64,000 nucleotides of DNA. It comes from Perkinsela sp. CCAP 1560/9. Taxonomy: Eukaryota; Protista; Euglenozoa: Kinetoplastea. The notes under the pieces were generated by a model. That model searched no databases and was not told the origin of the DNA. It worked only from the letters and a program-made list of their open reading frames with translations. The position numbers and the translations under genes were made by a program. This document shows positions 54,601-64,000 of the stretch, piece after piece (position 1 is the stretch's first letter; each line of letters starts with the position of its first letter). Location: contig CBFFSA010000012.1 in the NCBI GenBank assembly GCA_965644495.1, positions 248,001-312,000 of the forward strand, in the 5' to 3' direction.

Positions 54601-56914
54601 GAAACAAGAAAGCTTATCCGCGAGTGCCACTGCACCTCCAGTTGATGGGATTCCCAAATATTACGGCGACCCGACACAATTTCACACCGTACTGCATGAG
54701 CCCGTCATCGAGAGCTGTGCATGGGAGGCGGACCCCAATGCCCACACGCTGCGCCTTTTAACGTTCTCCCGAACCGGGGCGTTACAACTCCGTGAGCTCA
54801 CTACATTATGGGAGACAACCCGTCTATCCTCCCCCGGTAGTTTTCGTTCTTCTTTCGCATCCTCTCCCTTGCATACCCCTTTGTTGACCCCTAAACTCCC
54901 TCTGGGCGCTACCCCCCGGCAGCTCGTTCTTCTCCCCCAGCAGTGTCGTTACGCTGCGGTGATTGAAACCGACCCGCACACACTAAATACCGAGGAGAGG
55001 CAAAAATACCGAGCCGGGGTCGCACAACAGCGTGTGGCGACCGGGGAATCCGAGAATGAAATGATGAGCAACAGCAGCAGCAACCCCTCCGCGAGTCTTG
55101 CGCTCGAGGAGAATCGGGAATACGGCGTCGGGTTCCGTGGCAGCGCTCGGCAATGTGTGTCGTATCTCCGTCTGGTGGATGTCCACGCCCTGGGGTCACT
55201 CACTCGTGCCGGGGCAAATCTCTCATCGTTGCCGCACGACTTGGCCGCGCAAAATGTTGAAGCGGGAAATGCCGTGGCGTTGCAAGGGTTAATTCCCGAT
55301 TCCGGTTCTCCAAATTTTGGCACAGATTCCCGACGTCACGGGACGATCTCGGAAATTCCCCCCGTGACGGTGGATTTGATGGAGCTTGACGGCGACTTGG
55401 CGGCGGTGAGTCTTTGTTGCTTCTCCTCTGGGGAAACGGACTACGTAGTGGTAGGCGCTGCCTCCGCGAGTGCTCTGTTTTCCGAACCTCTCGGTGTCAC
55501 CTCGAGTGCGAGCAGTGCCGGAAATGGGGCAACCGACTCCGGACGTGACACAATGCCCGGGACCCTGTTAGTATTTGAAATCGTACCCCCCGCATTGGGT
55601 ACGGGAACCCCCGCGAGCGCTGGGCCCTCGCCATCCTCCTCGTCCTCCCCTACCGCCCCCACGCTCCGCCTGGCGCACAAAACCCCCCTGCCGGGGATTC
55701 CCTTCACCCTGTGCGAGTTTGGCCCCCGTGTGGGGAAACTCCTGGTCGGGGTTCACACCACACTCCAGCTCTACGCCCTGGGCAAGCGTAAAATGCTGTT
55801 GAAATGTGAGCGCCGGGGTTTCCCCACCCGCGTCACCCGGGTCGCCTCCCTCTCCCGTCGGGTGTTCGTGGCGGATGCCGCCGAGAGTGTGTTCTTCGTG
55901 CACTACACCCCCTCGGCGAATCTGTTGTCGGTATTCGCCGAGGACACCCTCCCCCGGGCCATCACCGCGCTCACCGTGCTGGATTACCACACGGTTGCGG
56001 TCGCGGACCGCTACGGTGGACTCACCACCCTGCGCGTGCCACGACACGTGCGGGAGGATGTCAGCGAGGAGAGTATCGCACGCGGGAGTGAGACCGCAGT
56101 GAGGGTTGCGGACTCCACCCTCTCCTCGTCTTCTTCCTCCACAGGGGTCATGAATAAAACCACAACCCCTGAGCTCGCGGCAGCCCTGCTGCAGCAATCC
56201 ACCCGCACCCGACCCCAACAGGTGGAGGTGTTGACACAGTGGTATGTTGGGGATGTGGTGACCTCCCTGTCGACACTGTCCTCCCTGGGAGAAGGGGGGA
56301 TCAGGGGGGAGATCCCCCAACCCGGGGAACGAGCAGGTTCCTCTACGACGGGGCTACCCAGTGGAACAACCCCAGTTTCGGGTTCTTCTGGTTCTGCTTC
56401 TGTTCCTTCCCTTTCTTCCCCCTCCCCTGCGTTGGTGTATACCACACTAGGGGGGGCCATTGGCACGGTACAGCCTTTGCTCACCGATGCGGAGGCCACG
56501 CTGCTTACGCGACTGGAGAATGCCCTCCACACCCACGGGCAGCTCCCTCGAAACCCTTTTGACTACACCGCAGAGGGGGGTGCGACGGGGTTTGAGCCCG
56601 AGAGCGCGACGACCCCTCGACTCCCGCAGTACGGGCTGGGTCTCGCGGGTGGTCGTCGCCCTCCCCGGGCGACGCAACTCAGCCGGGGGTTCTGGGAGCC
56701 CAACCCCCGGGACTACAGCCTAGGGGGCACCGACCACAACGCCTACCGCTCCTACTACCTCCCACGGAAAGGGATCGTGGACGGGGACTTTGTGGAGGCG
56801 GTGTGGGGGAGCCTCTCGCAGCCCTCACGACGGGAGATTGCGACACTGTTGCAGTCCTCCGTGGGGGAGATTGAAAATGTGTTGCGGGGGTACCGTAGCG
56901 GGTTTGGGGGGTAA
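51647..56914 (+). CDS. SF3B3: Splicing factor 3B subunit 3 (SAP130/Rse1)
   Basis: YSLTL.PP.AI..A..G.F, FG..GLRR..PG.Y..VD.RG, FFYLLQSEYGDLYKVTL, YFDTIP, LYQF..LG, LY.LGKRK.LLKCE, LDY.TVA.ADRYG, GTDH.AYRSYYLP.KGIVDGD. Confidence 0.95.
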   Translation: MTIGYSLTLHPPSAIHAACAGMFRGARVHEFVLVTGTHLSLYEIASPTPQKDASTPVSPRFSSLGSTYLWGHTLAIRPVLLAHNNSKDALLVLMDGGCVALWEYTESHIPYSDDSSGAGREDHVGVSFLPLRPPCLGDPSARSAGLRLLHRLNFGPAGLRRDTPGRYVGVDARGGCVSLAALDGTKLFFPTQISTLSSEHDPRERGTEHGAFSSDFEGTPKSARSLTLGSPIESLPRSPGTLTLAYVPLEHETDAQQCVYAGLERASLPHGDAGSKTSPPHLVVYIYDRSCAVVTVREVTRVEPGSHLLFPVPYTPLRVAPTPGHRPPHTGCPGGVLVCSPNHLRYVEVTTGRSLHAALPRRHTLPVEHTVMVCAGALMRTREGFFYLLQSEYGDLYKVTLTVSHPPSVPAGEGDGGSGGVVTALHVRYFDTIPLATYLYITRRGGLVALGEVANHRLYQFQSLGIDHDRYLLGHLVVREKAEEGGANRGGIQNLPVFAPHSLRNLRLCEELSNTSPLLGCVGLNPTETRSGRELTLLGWGGRGLQAAAHAFTPGSAPSRLLLHLPLTSFESFPPPHEYPYGTHHPANTLPLSLITTSERSAALNEFFSPLSAPPCVLLRYPNATHPFTLFSFSSMKDNTSPVAARLHALPSPHDGGESNNTAAVVFMAYLADGSQVRVHPNLVRHHLPGGHVRHWRPSAIHGAPEGSNPSMGSYSSSDSSDPVDSKGLISHAASTHFQLVTGLGPVVEYFALDEAGVLRNANRLELSGSVRGLDVIHSPEMVSAEVTGSSSPSSIGQRKPFSFMAVATDRRELWVVEIPLPRNMRQSSTARGLEVRATLQCAVEIASVVLAWQPVGEVEISESSDAAELATSDSSPTRLFLYLGLHNGTVEVRELGIQPLQESTSSVHLSLAIRHSVTFHAPIVRVVSETGPVRVKKLFWRCTSQTTPIIDSASPSPVGLVHQFFAIALQSESGLRLTGVYLMEKQESLSASATAPPVDGIPKYYGDPTQFHTVLHEPVIESCAWEADPNAHTLRLLTFSRTGALQLRELTTLWETTRLSSPGSFRSSFASSPLHTPLLTPKLPLGATPRQLVLLPQQCRYAAVIETDPHTLNTEERQKYRAGVAQQRVATGESENEMMSNSSSNPSASLALEENREYGVGFRGSARQCVSYLRLVDVHALGSLTRAGANLSSLPHDLAAQNVEAGNAVALQGLIPDSGSPNFGTDSRRHGTISEIPPVTVDLMELDGDLAAVSLCCFSSGETDYVVVGAASASALFSEPLGVTSSASSAGNGATDSGRDTMPGTLLVFEIVPPALGTGTPASAGPSPSSSSSPTAPTLRLAHKTPLPGIPFTLCEFGPRVGKLLVGVHTTLQLYALGKRKMLLKCERRGFPTRVTRVASLSRRVFVADAAESVFFVHYTPSANLLSVFAEDTLPRAITALTVLDYHTVAVADRYGGLTTLRVPRHVREDVSEESIARGSETAVRVADSTLSSSSSSTGVMNKTTTPELAAALLQQSTRTRPQQVEVLTQWYVGDVVTSLSTLSSLGEGGIRGEIPQPGERAGSSTTGLPSGTTPVSGSSGSASVPSLSSPSPALVYTTLGGAIGTVQPLLTDAEATLLTRLENALHTHGQLPRNPFDYTAEGGATGFEPESATTPRLPQYGLGLAGGRRPPRATQLSRGFWEPNPRDYSLGGTDHNAYRSYYLPRKGIVDGDFVEAVWGSLSQPSRREIATLLQSSVGEIENVLRGYRSGFGG

Positions 56915-57341
56915 ATCGGTTTTGTAAGATAAATTTCTAAGGAAGAGAAGCTTTCGATGAGAAGGTTTCAATGCAGAACGAAGTTGGGGTGGTGGGTTCG
57001 GAAAGGGGGTGAACAGAAGATGCGATGTGTGACACAGCAAAAACGGTGTTGCTGTGTCAGTGGGGTGAAAAAGAAGGGGTGGTACAGGAGAGTGCAATGT
57101 TTGTCTCCAGTATCAGTAAAAAAAACATTCAATGTTACGTATAGGCCTCACTTCACGAACCGCAGCGTTCGTTAGCTCGGCCAGGGTTGGGGGGGAAACA
57201 TTACTAACATGTTCTATCTTCAAATTTGTGCTTATTAAAAGGAGGTATGAGGGGGTGCATATTAAAGGGGTCACAATTGGGGTTCACTATTTTTTTTGTG
57301 AAAATAAAGCTTTTGGAGGTCTAATTTGTCGTACATTTTTT

Positions 57342-59429
57342 ATGGGCGAAACAAAGTCGACTTTTTCTCTCCCACCCGGGAACTTCCCTTATCCCCCAGG
57401 ATCACACGATGAGCCTTACACCCCCACGCGCCCCGTCACATCTCGTAAATCCATTCGCGCCCCCGTTGAGGTCTCTTCCGTTGGCTGGGTGCTCAGTTGG
57501 CAACTTGCACTCGTCCTACTCACCACTACACTGTGGAGTCTAGCCTTAATAACGCACGACTGGTGGAGTTTCGAATTCTCTTTTCCGGGCTCCAACGCCA
57601 ATGTGTCTTCCATGGTAGTGTATACAATTCCCTCCTCTCGGCCACACACTTCTTTTTGGAAACCCCTTGGGGGAATAAAAAACAACCGCGAGCGGCAGTT
57701 GGCTACAAAGACGCCCTCGAAAGATCATTTTATCCACAGTGGTCTACCCGACACCGCACAACTCCACAACCCCGCTGCTCCTTCTTCCTCTGTCCCTCCA
57801 TTCTCCCATCCCATGGAGGCATTCACAAAAACAAGAAATCCCCGAACCCCCACCCCCCTTTCCCGTTTCACCGTCCACTACGGGCTATGGGTGGTGTGTG
57901 GCCCCGACAACACCTGCGAGCCCCTGAGCTCTACCCATCCGATTTACAGTACCGCACCCCAGGCCACGACGACGACGAGTCAAACCAAAGCCTCTTTATT
58001 ACCTCTCACCCTTTCGGTGAAAGAAAATCTGAAAAACTCTTTCACTGCACAAGAAAGGATAAAAACAACAAGAAAAGAAGAAGAAGGAGAAAGAGAAGAA
58101 AAACGACAAAACGAAAAAGAAGAAGACAATGAAAACGGAGTTCTCTTTTCCGATTCTTCTTCGGATTCGTTTTTGGATTCTTATCTCTCCTCCCCCGCCT
58201 CCTCCTACGCCTCCCGCGTCTCCTGGATCCAATCCCTCGCGCTGCTCTCCACCGCCGCTCTCCTGCTCTCCCTTCTCCTGCTTGTGCTGCGCCTCGGGTG
58301 CCTGCGCCCCTCTCGGGCCTTATGGCTTTTTTCTCTTTTTTGCCCTCTCCTGGGGTTTAGCGCCCAGGTGGGTTTACTCGTTTACTTTCTATGCACCTAT
58401 GAGGTCTGGGTGAACCGCGGCGTGGGGTTCTGTGTGGGCAAGGCAGCGGCAGCGCTGGGGTGTACCAGCGCCTATGGCTACTCCCTGGCCCTGGCCGCGG
58501 CCGCGACGGTGCTCGGCCTGCTCCAGGTGGCCGTGGTCGCCTGGGTGAGTAAGGCGGCACTGGGGGGGAAGGGGAAGGGAAGAAGGAAAAAAAGGGCGCA
58601 AGATTTTGCCCCCTTGGTGGGGGGAGGAGGCATGGAGGGGTTGGAAAAGGTGGGGGAGGAAACGAGGGAGGGAGTGAAAAATGGAAAAGGGGGGTTGTTG
58701 CCGTGGAGACCACGTGGGGAGGATGAATCGTGTAGGGGGGAGATGCAGGAAGGAGGGGGGTTTGGGGGCTCTGGGGTGCTGTCGGGGTTGACGAAAGTAG
58801 CGTCCGAGACGGCATTGCAACAAGGGATGGAATCCCACGCTAAACTGTTCTCTCCTCATGCGTTAGGAAAGCAAAGGTCGATGGTAAACAACCGTAGCTC
58901 GCCGACGTTGGTGGTGGATGCCTTGGAGATGCAAAGTAAGTCTACCTCCTTCGTTAACAGCGTTCCAACTGGACAACTTCGGTCTAATCAAACCGTCGGG
59001 CGATATGCCGCGCAAAGTCATCCTATCGCATCATCCGCTTCAGTTCGTGATCCCGCTGTACCTTTGCTACGTGTTTCGGGGGAGGACGGCAGTGCTGAAG
59101 GTTTGAAAAAGACGCACATTTCTCAGTTTCATTCGTTAAGCAATGAAATAAAACATTCGAATGTTCCACCGTTATGTATTCCATCTAACGCACAAGCTGG
59201 AGAGACACGCGAGCAGAGTTTTTCCGTTTCGGAAATTGGGCCTTCTCCTTCTGAGGCTCTTGTGTCCTCAGAATGGGTATGGGACCCTGAATTTGAAATG
59301 TACTGGTCTTCTCTACGGCAACTTTACTATGACAGCGAACTGGTTCGGTTCTTTGATCCGAAAAGCCAAATGTTCTTCGACACAAAAGCTAACAGATGGG
59401 TACCCCCCGATTTGGAAGACCAGGGGTGA
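57342..59429 (+). CDS. Four-TM claudin/amastin-like membrane protein with C-terminal OCRE-like domain
   Basis: TM1-WW...YGLWVVC....C, three further TMs with YGYSLAL; WVWDPEFEMYWS..LYYD...FFDP..QMFFD...RW. ATG 57342 preferred because 57195-57278 is a TE end. Confidence 0.65.
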   Translation: MGETKSTFSLPPGNFPYPPGSHDEPYTPTRPVTSRKSIRAPVEVSSVGWVLSWQLALVLLTTTLWSLALITHDWWSFEFSFPGSNANVSSMVVYTIPSSRPHTSFWKPLGGIKNNRERQLATKTPSKDHFIHSGLPDTAQLHNPAAPSSSVPPFSHPMEAFTKTRNPRTPTPLSRFTVHYGLWVVCGPDNTCEPLSSTHPIYSTAPQATTTTSQTKASLLPLTLSVKENLKNSFTAQERIKTTRKEEEGEREEKRQNEKEEDNENGVLFSDSSSDSFLDSYLSSPASSYASRVSWIQSLALLSTAALLLSLLLLVLRLGCLRPSRALWLFSLFCPLLGFSAQVGLLVYFLCTYEVWVNRGVGFCVGKAAAALGCTSAYGYSLALAAAATVLGLLQVAVVAWVSKAALGGKGKGRRKKRAQDFAPLVGGGGMEGLEKVGEETREGVKNGKGGLLPWRPRGEDESCRGEMQEGGGFGGSGVLSGLTKVASETALQQGMESHAKLFSPHALGKQRSMVNNRSSPTLVVDALEMQSKSTSFVNSVPTGQLRSNQTVGRYAAQSHPIASSASVRDPAVPLLRVSGEDGSAEGLKKTHISQFHSLSNEIKHSNVPPLCIPSNAQAGETREQSFSVSEIGPSPSEALVSSEWVWDPEFEMYWSSLRQLYYDSELVRFFDPKSQMFFDTKANRWVPPDLEDQG

Positions 59430-59920
59430 ACGTCTATCCACGAGGCATAGAAGTACTTTTTTATGAGACTTTATGCTTCTTCGGTCCAATCCGATTGGGT
59501 AATTTCCTACGTCAATCGCTCTGAGAAACTGTAGGTAATTATTTAGGCAAGATACTTCGCGCAAAGCGCGTGATTTCGATCTCCAATCTCCTAATTGACT
59601 GATTAGTGATTCTCAGGATCGTAGGGTCATGCGCAGGAGTGGGGATTGGGAGTAGGACTAATTGCGAACTTGTAATTTTTATGCTAAACGCTATAACCGA
59701 AAGGAAAAGACAACGGCAGAGTACTTTCCTCCTGGAACGGGATCTTTCGAATGCAATATAAATGAGCCAAAACTGGCACAAAAAACTTGGAGGAAGTATA
59801 CCTAAATTGCGCAAAAAACTACATTTTTCTTTTTTCAATTCGAAAAAATCTGCTAAATCATAATTTAACTTACAACGTTTTTACACGACTTTACACCATT
59901 AAAATGGACTGTAATCATTA

Positions 59921-60950
59921 CAGGGGGTGGCACGAAAATATTGGGGGTCAAAATTTTTATGACTTGCCCAATTTTGGAAAGTAGCACCGCATTCGAGAGC
60001 TCTCGCAGAGATACGTGGCACCTGAAACGCATTATCAGATGTTATAATCAAGTTAGATATTAGCATTATCAAGTTATAAAACTTTTTACCCCCCCTATTT
60101 TACATCCCCTGCATGTAGATTGTGTAATGGCGATTCTCCTTGCACCGTGGCCATTTTGGAAACGTTTCTCCGTTCTGCATTTTTCTATGCGGAAGATCGG
60201 CGCAAACTAAATCACGCCCGGCGTGCGACAGCCACCATTTTCGTGTCTTCCTGCTTGTGTGGCCGGGCGCGCCGTCATCCACGTATACTGCATCTTTGTG
60301 AAGAGAAGCGTACGGGATCCACTTTTAATCAAGAATTTATTTTCGATAGTACAGGCTTCCCAGCTTTAATTGGTCTGGGGGAGTCTCGCGCTTCTCACCA
60401 AGTTCCAATAATCGAGTTGCTGCTCGAGTGCAAAACTCGGTAAAATTGTCACACCAATGATAGAGGATATTGCCTTCCTTATCAATGGCACCCCACAGCA
60501 TAACCTTTGTTGGGTGATGCGTTCGACTCATTGGAACGCGATCTGTGGGGCTCATCTGAATCAAGCGTTGGTCTACATGCGATTCACAGCTCAGTAAACG
60601 TGAGCATGCTCCACTTGAGATAGAAAACATACAAACATGTATAACAAAGATCATCCTGAGAGAAAATTCCTGTTTCGTAAACACCTTTTAATAGGTATAA
60701 ATCTGATTCCGAGAGAGCACCTTTTCGACGCTTGAACCGTTTCAAAAGTTTTCTTCTTTGATGGCGTATTGTTTTAGGCCGACCTCCCCTTTTCCAATCT
60801 TCATCTGTTCCATATTCGCACACAGAAGAAGAAGAAGAAGAAGAGGTGGAGGAGGAGGAAGGAGAGTCAAAAGAGCTGTACTCCGTAGCTTCATAAGACG
60901 AGTCACTTCTGATCGTTGAAATTAGGTTCTTGAAATTAAGAAAAGTCGTA
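59921..60950 (-). mobile_element. Degenerate Tc1/IS630-like transposon with one TIR
   Basis: TA|CAGGGGGTGGCACG TIR; fragments GGRPK, RTHHPTKVMLWGAIDKEG..HWCDNF, DDGAPGHTSRKTRKW. Confidence 0.7.
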
Positions 60951-62799
60951 GCTCTAGCCGAATATACATGATTTTTGTAAGGGAATCATTATTATTTTTT
61001 GAAAAAAACGGCCCAAAGAATATTTTACCCCCAACACCGAGCAAAAAAGTTTTAAAAAAGAAAAAGCTTTCGGTCAAAGGGAACCGGTTTTGCGCCAAAA
61101 ACAAAATATCTAAAAACAGTCAAGAAACCTTACTTTTTTCTCTTCTCATCACTAATTCAATGTACTGCTTTATTCAACAACTACTTCGGCACAATACAAC
61201 TTGATATCTTCAAATAGACGGCGCAGTGGATGGCCTGCACACACTCCCCTTTTCAACTTCCCGTTAACGACCTCCCCTGCGAACTTCAGTCGGTTGTTGC
61301 GTTCTTCTGTTCCGCGTCACATATGGTGAAAACGCGCACAAAACGAGTTTTTGCCACCTGTTTCTATTCAGCGGCACTAAGAACATACCCCTGCCGGGTA
61401 AATGGGTAATTACCCGGGTCTGCGATCCAGTTACCCGCACCGACCCGCACTGACGGGTCGTCTTAGAAAGCTACATATACATGTATACATCTGTTTGTTG
61501 AATCTTTTCATCAGGAAATAAACGTGCATCTTTGTTTCGGACCTTATGGTGAAATGTTTTATGGCTAAGTAAGAAGTCAATAATCATATTACTCTTGTGT
61601 TTGATCGCACTAACTAATCTCTTCTTACCTAAACTTATCTGTACTCATGGCTCGTCAACGACGATTAGAGCAGACACCTAGCACGCCTGAATTATTTTCG
61701 TCATCTGATACTGCAGATGGTAATACCCCTGAGTCAAAAAAAAATGAAGCATCGCGATACCATACGGCACAAAATGACAATAGAGTCCTTATCTGGGCAA
61801 TTCGTGCTCGTGCGCTGTCCTCCCGGATGCACCCACACACTCAGATATTCTCACCCATCCTTTGGGCCAAAAGGTTCATTGCATATGTACCAAGGAAAGA
61901 ACGTTCTCCTGCATCCAATTTTTGTCGTTGCGGTGTTGATACACTATGAAGTTCCCTCTCAGAGCCTTAACGGTCATATTGCGCCTTCACAAGTTAGACT
62001 GTGGAAGAGTTCACAATCTGACTCCTCCGTCAGAATGGCCTGGAATTCCACCTTTACCAGTACAGAGTCAAGAAAGAGTTGAGAGAGGCATGGGGAGTCG
62101 TAAGTTCTTATCAAACACTGGTACGGGCTTCGCTTCCCTTCACCCTTCTCCCCACCATCTTCAGCAGCACTCGATTCCTTCGGTGCCTTGCGCTCGGCTT
62201 TGGTGGCGTGCTGCCGCTTCAGCACTATGCCAGCTATGGCCAGCAGAAGCTCTCCCGTAATCTTTTTATGAGCAGAGTTGCCCTCTTCCGTTAAATTAGC
62301 AACTTTCAACTTTTCTCCCTGGGGAACCACATCACCAACCGCTTCTAGCACGGCAGAAGGGAAATTCAGGGCTTCTGCCCGCTTGCTGTGCCTTGCTTCG
62401 AAAAGTGGTTGAAGAAGCATTTTGTCTTTGATTTTCAGTATTACGTATTTTCGAATGAGGCTGAACTCCCCTTCAAGGGCATCCACCAACGTATCAATCA
62501 TGAGGAAAAAATAGAACTACCGAGAGTATAAACCTAGGGACACGATAAGTCACCCCCCTCTAAATTTTGTGAAGTCTTCGTTTGGGCTAATTTTTGTTGC
62601 ATTTTGCGGATCTCGGTGATGCTTGTTTGGGGTTTGCTTGTTGGGATTGCTTGTTTGCGTGTTTCGGTGTACGCAAATTAAGTTCAGACTCAATTTTTCT
62701 CTTAAAACTACCTCTCTATCCTCGATTACCATTGGAAGACGCTTTCGCAATATTTTTTTTGTAAACGACTCCTTAAGTGATGAAAATGTCATGGAATAG

Positions 62800-63009
62800 A
62801 AATGCATTAAGGGGTAAAAATGTCATTAAGGGGTAAAAATGTCATTATGGGGTAAAAATGGCCGGGGAGCGGGGTTGGGTGTGGGCCTTGAAGGCACTCC
62901 CGATCGCTCTCCCTTTGTAGTGAGGCCGCCAGGTTGCAAGTTTTGTCGATAGCGGGAATCGAACCTGCAGGTTGTAAGGCCCACCGTCTGCCAACTACGC
63001 CCGCACCGC
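62800..63009 (-). mobile_element. tRNA-headed SINE-like element
   Basis: A-box GGCGTAGTTGG, B-box GGTTCGATTCC, body, and a tail of ~19-bp repeats TTTTACCCCTTAATGACAT x3. Confidence 0.55.
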
Positions 63010-63177
63010 AGTTTAGTAGTTTTTTGAACTATTTTCGTTATTTTTCGGAATTTTTATTGTACCTGTAGCCAATTATTGTGCCGCGGGGGTACATTAACCC
63101 GGACGGGTGTTTAATTGGGTCAACCGGAATTAGTTGCAAAGAAAAAGTCAGTAAAGTATTTTTTGGGCCTAAAATTA

Positions 63178-64000
63178 ATGATTTCACGTACGCGACTGTC
63201 AGACGTAGAAGCGCGGCCCACAAAGAAACGAAAAATAGATGACGGAAAGAAATCGTCTGTAGGGCAATTATCGGGAACAGATCTTCCGAAGTCGAATGCA
63301 ACAAACTGTAGGCCAGTGGTTACACGGAAGGGCAAAATCAGTAGAATCACATTACCCCAAGAATATACGTTAGAAGCTTTGGTAAGCGGACTGAGTGTGA
63401 AGCCAGAATGCTGGACCACTGAAACACCGGCTTGTGAGTGGACTGGAGTCTACTGCGATGAGGGTGGAAACGTTGAATCAATCCACTGGTCCTGGACACA
63501 TCTAGTAGGTTCACTTGATTTCGAACATATTCCCGCTACTGTGAAAGAGTTTGGAGCATTTTACTGTGGCCTCTCAGGTGACGTGAGTTTTGCAAATATT
63601 GCCACGGGAAGTTGCTTACACAGTTGCGTACTCAGCGATAACGCTCTGACCGGGTCGTTAGATCTGACTTTGCTTCCTGGTAGTATGAATGTGCTCAATT
63701 TAATGCGCAACTTTTTGACTGATTGTATATGTCTCGTAACTTTACCTCCCAACTTAGTGGAACTAAAACTTTCGTATAACGTACTGTCAGGAAAATTGGT
63801 ATTAACCAAACTACCCGGGACTCTTAAGGAGCTTCTCTTGGATCACAACGCGTTCGAAGGAAACGTAGATTTGCACCAACTCCCCCGTGTCATGACACAT
63901 CTCTTTTTGCATGAAAATAAGAAATTAAGGGGAAATTTGAGAGTGGCAAAGCTTCCTGTGGGAGTTCTTGACCACCTTGAGGAAGTATGGATGGGCACCT
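63178..64000 (+). CDS. LRR protein, paralog of 307-1143, runs off the window end
   Basis: My translation: MISRTRLSDVEARPTKKRKID...TRKGKISRITLPQEY..WTTETPACEWTGVYC..LRRs..RVAKLP; no stop before the window end. Confidence 0.85.
   Translation, partial: MISRTRLSDVEARPTKKRKIDDGKKSSVGQLSGTDLPKSNATNCRPVVTRKGKISRITLPQEYTLEALVSGLSVKPECWTTETPACEWTGVYCDEGGNVESIHWSWTHLVGSLDFEHIPATVKEFGAFYCGLSGDVSFANIATGSCLHSCVLSDNALTGSLDLTLLPGSMNVLNLMRNFLTDCICLVTLPPNLVELKLSYNVLSGKLVLTKLPGTLKELLLDHNAFEGNVDLHQLPRVMTHLFLHENKKLRGNLRVAKLPVGVLDHLEEVWMGT

Noticed and set aside
81-59953. One giant transposon bounded by the matching TIRs at 81-115 and 59921-59953
   Set aside because: The TIRs face outward (right end first, left end later), so they belong to two separate elements
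61385-61460. ACCCG/CGGGT motif cluster resembling hAT subterminal repeats
   Set aside because: No TIR pair or TSD could be defined
61640-62520. Possible Fanzor/TnpB or other nuclease in the broken - strand ORF
   Set aside because: No RuvC or zinc-finger motifs visible; left unassigned

Overview
Eukaryotic, intron-less DNA with every host gene on the + strand, i.e. a directional gene cluster. Kinetoplastid spliced-leader (SL)-like 30-mers, mitochondrion-targeted HMG-box (KAP-like) genes, a VIPER/TATE-type retroelement and a large LRR expansion point to an early-branching kinetoplastid, probably Perkinsela-like (inference). Host genes: BAG6-like UBL, TMEM65/EF-hand, a PolX-lyase-PADR1 fusion, duplicated HMG/KAP pair, PTC7-type PP2C, SF3B3, a claudin/amastin-OCRE protein and about 14 LRR genes or pseudogenes sharing an N-terminal motif. 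Intergenic DNA is packed with often nested mobile elements: Merlin-SWIM, pogo, Tc1/IS630, an intact hAT-like element with a 6-bp TSD, MITEs, Helitron traces and tRNA-headed SINE-like elements. Most notable: (1) two twister-ribozyme-like motifs on the - strand, one at the extreme 5' end of the tyrosine-recombinase retroelement ahead of a 12-copy double-hairpin array; (2) a ~580-bp structured non-coding repeat bounded by an SL fragment; (3) tRNA-derived SINE-like elements, one carrying an SL relic; (4) C-block/G-block strand-skew switching inside housekeeping CDSs. All calls were made by eye; no searches were run.
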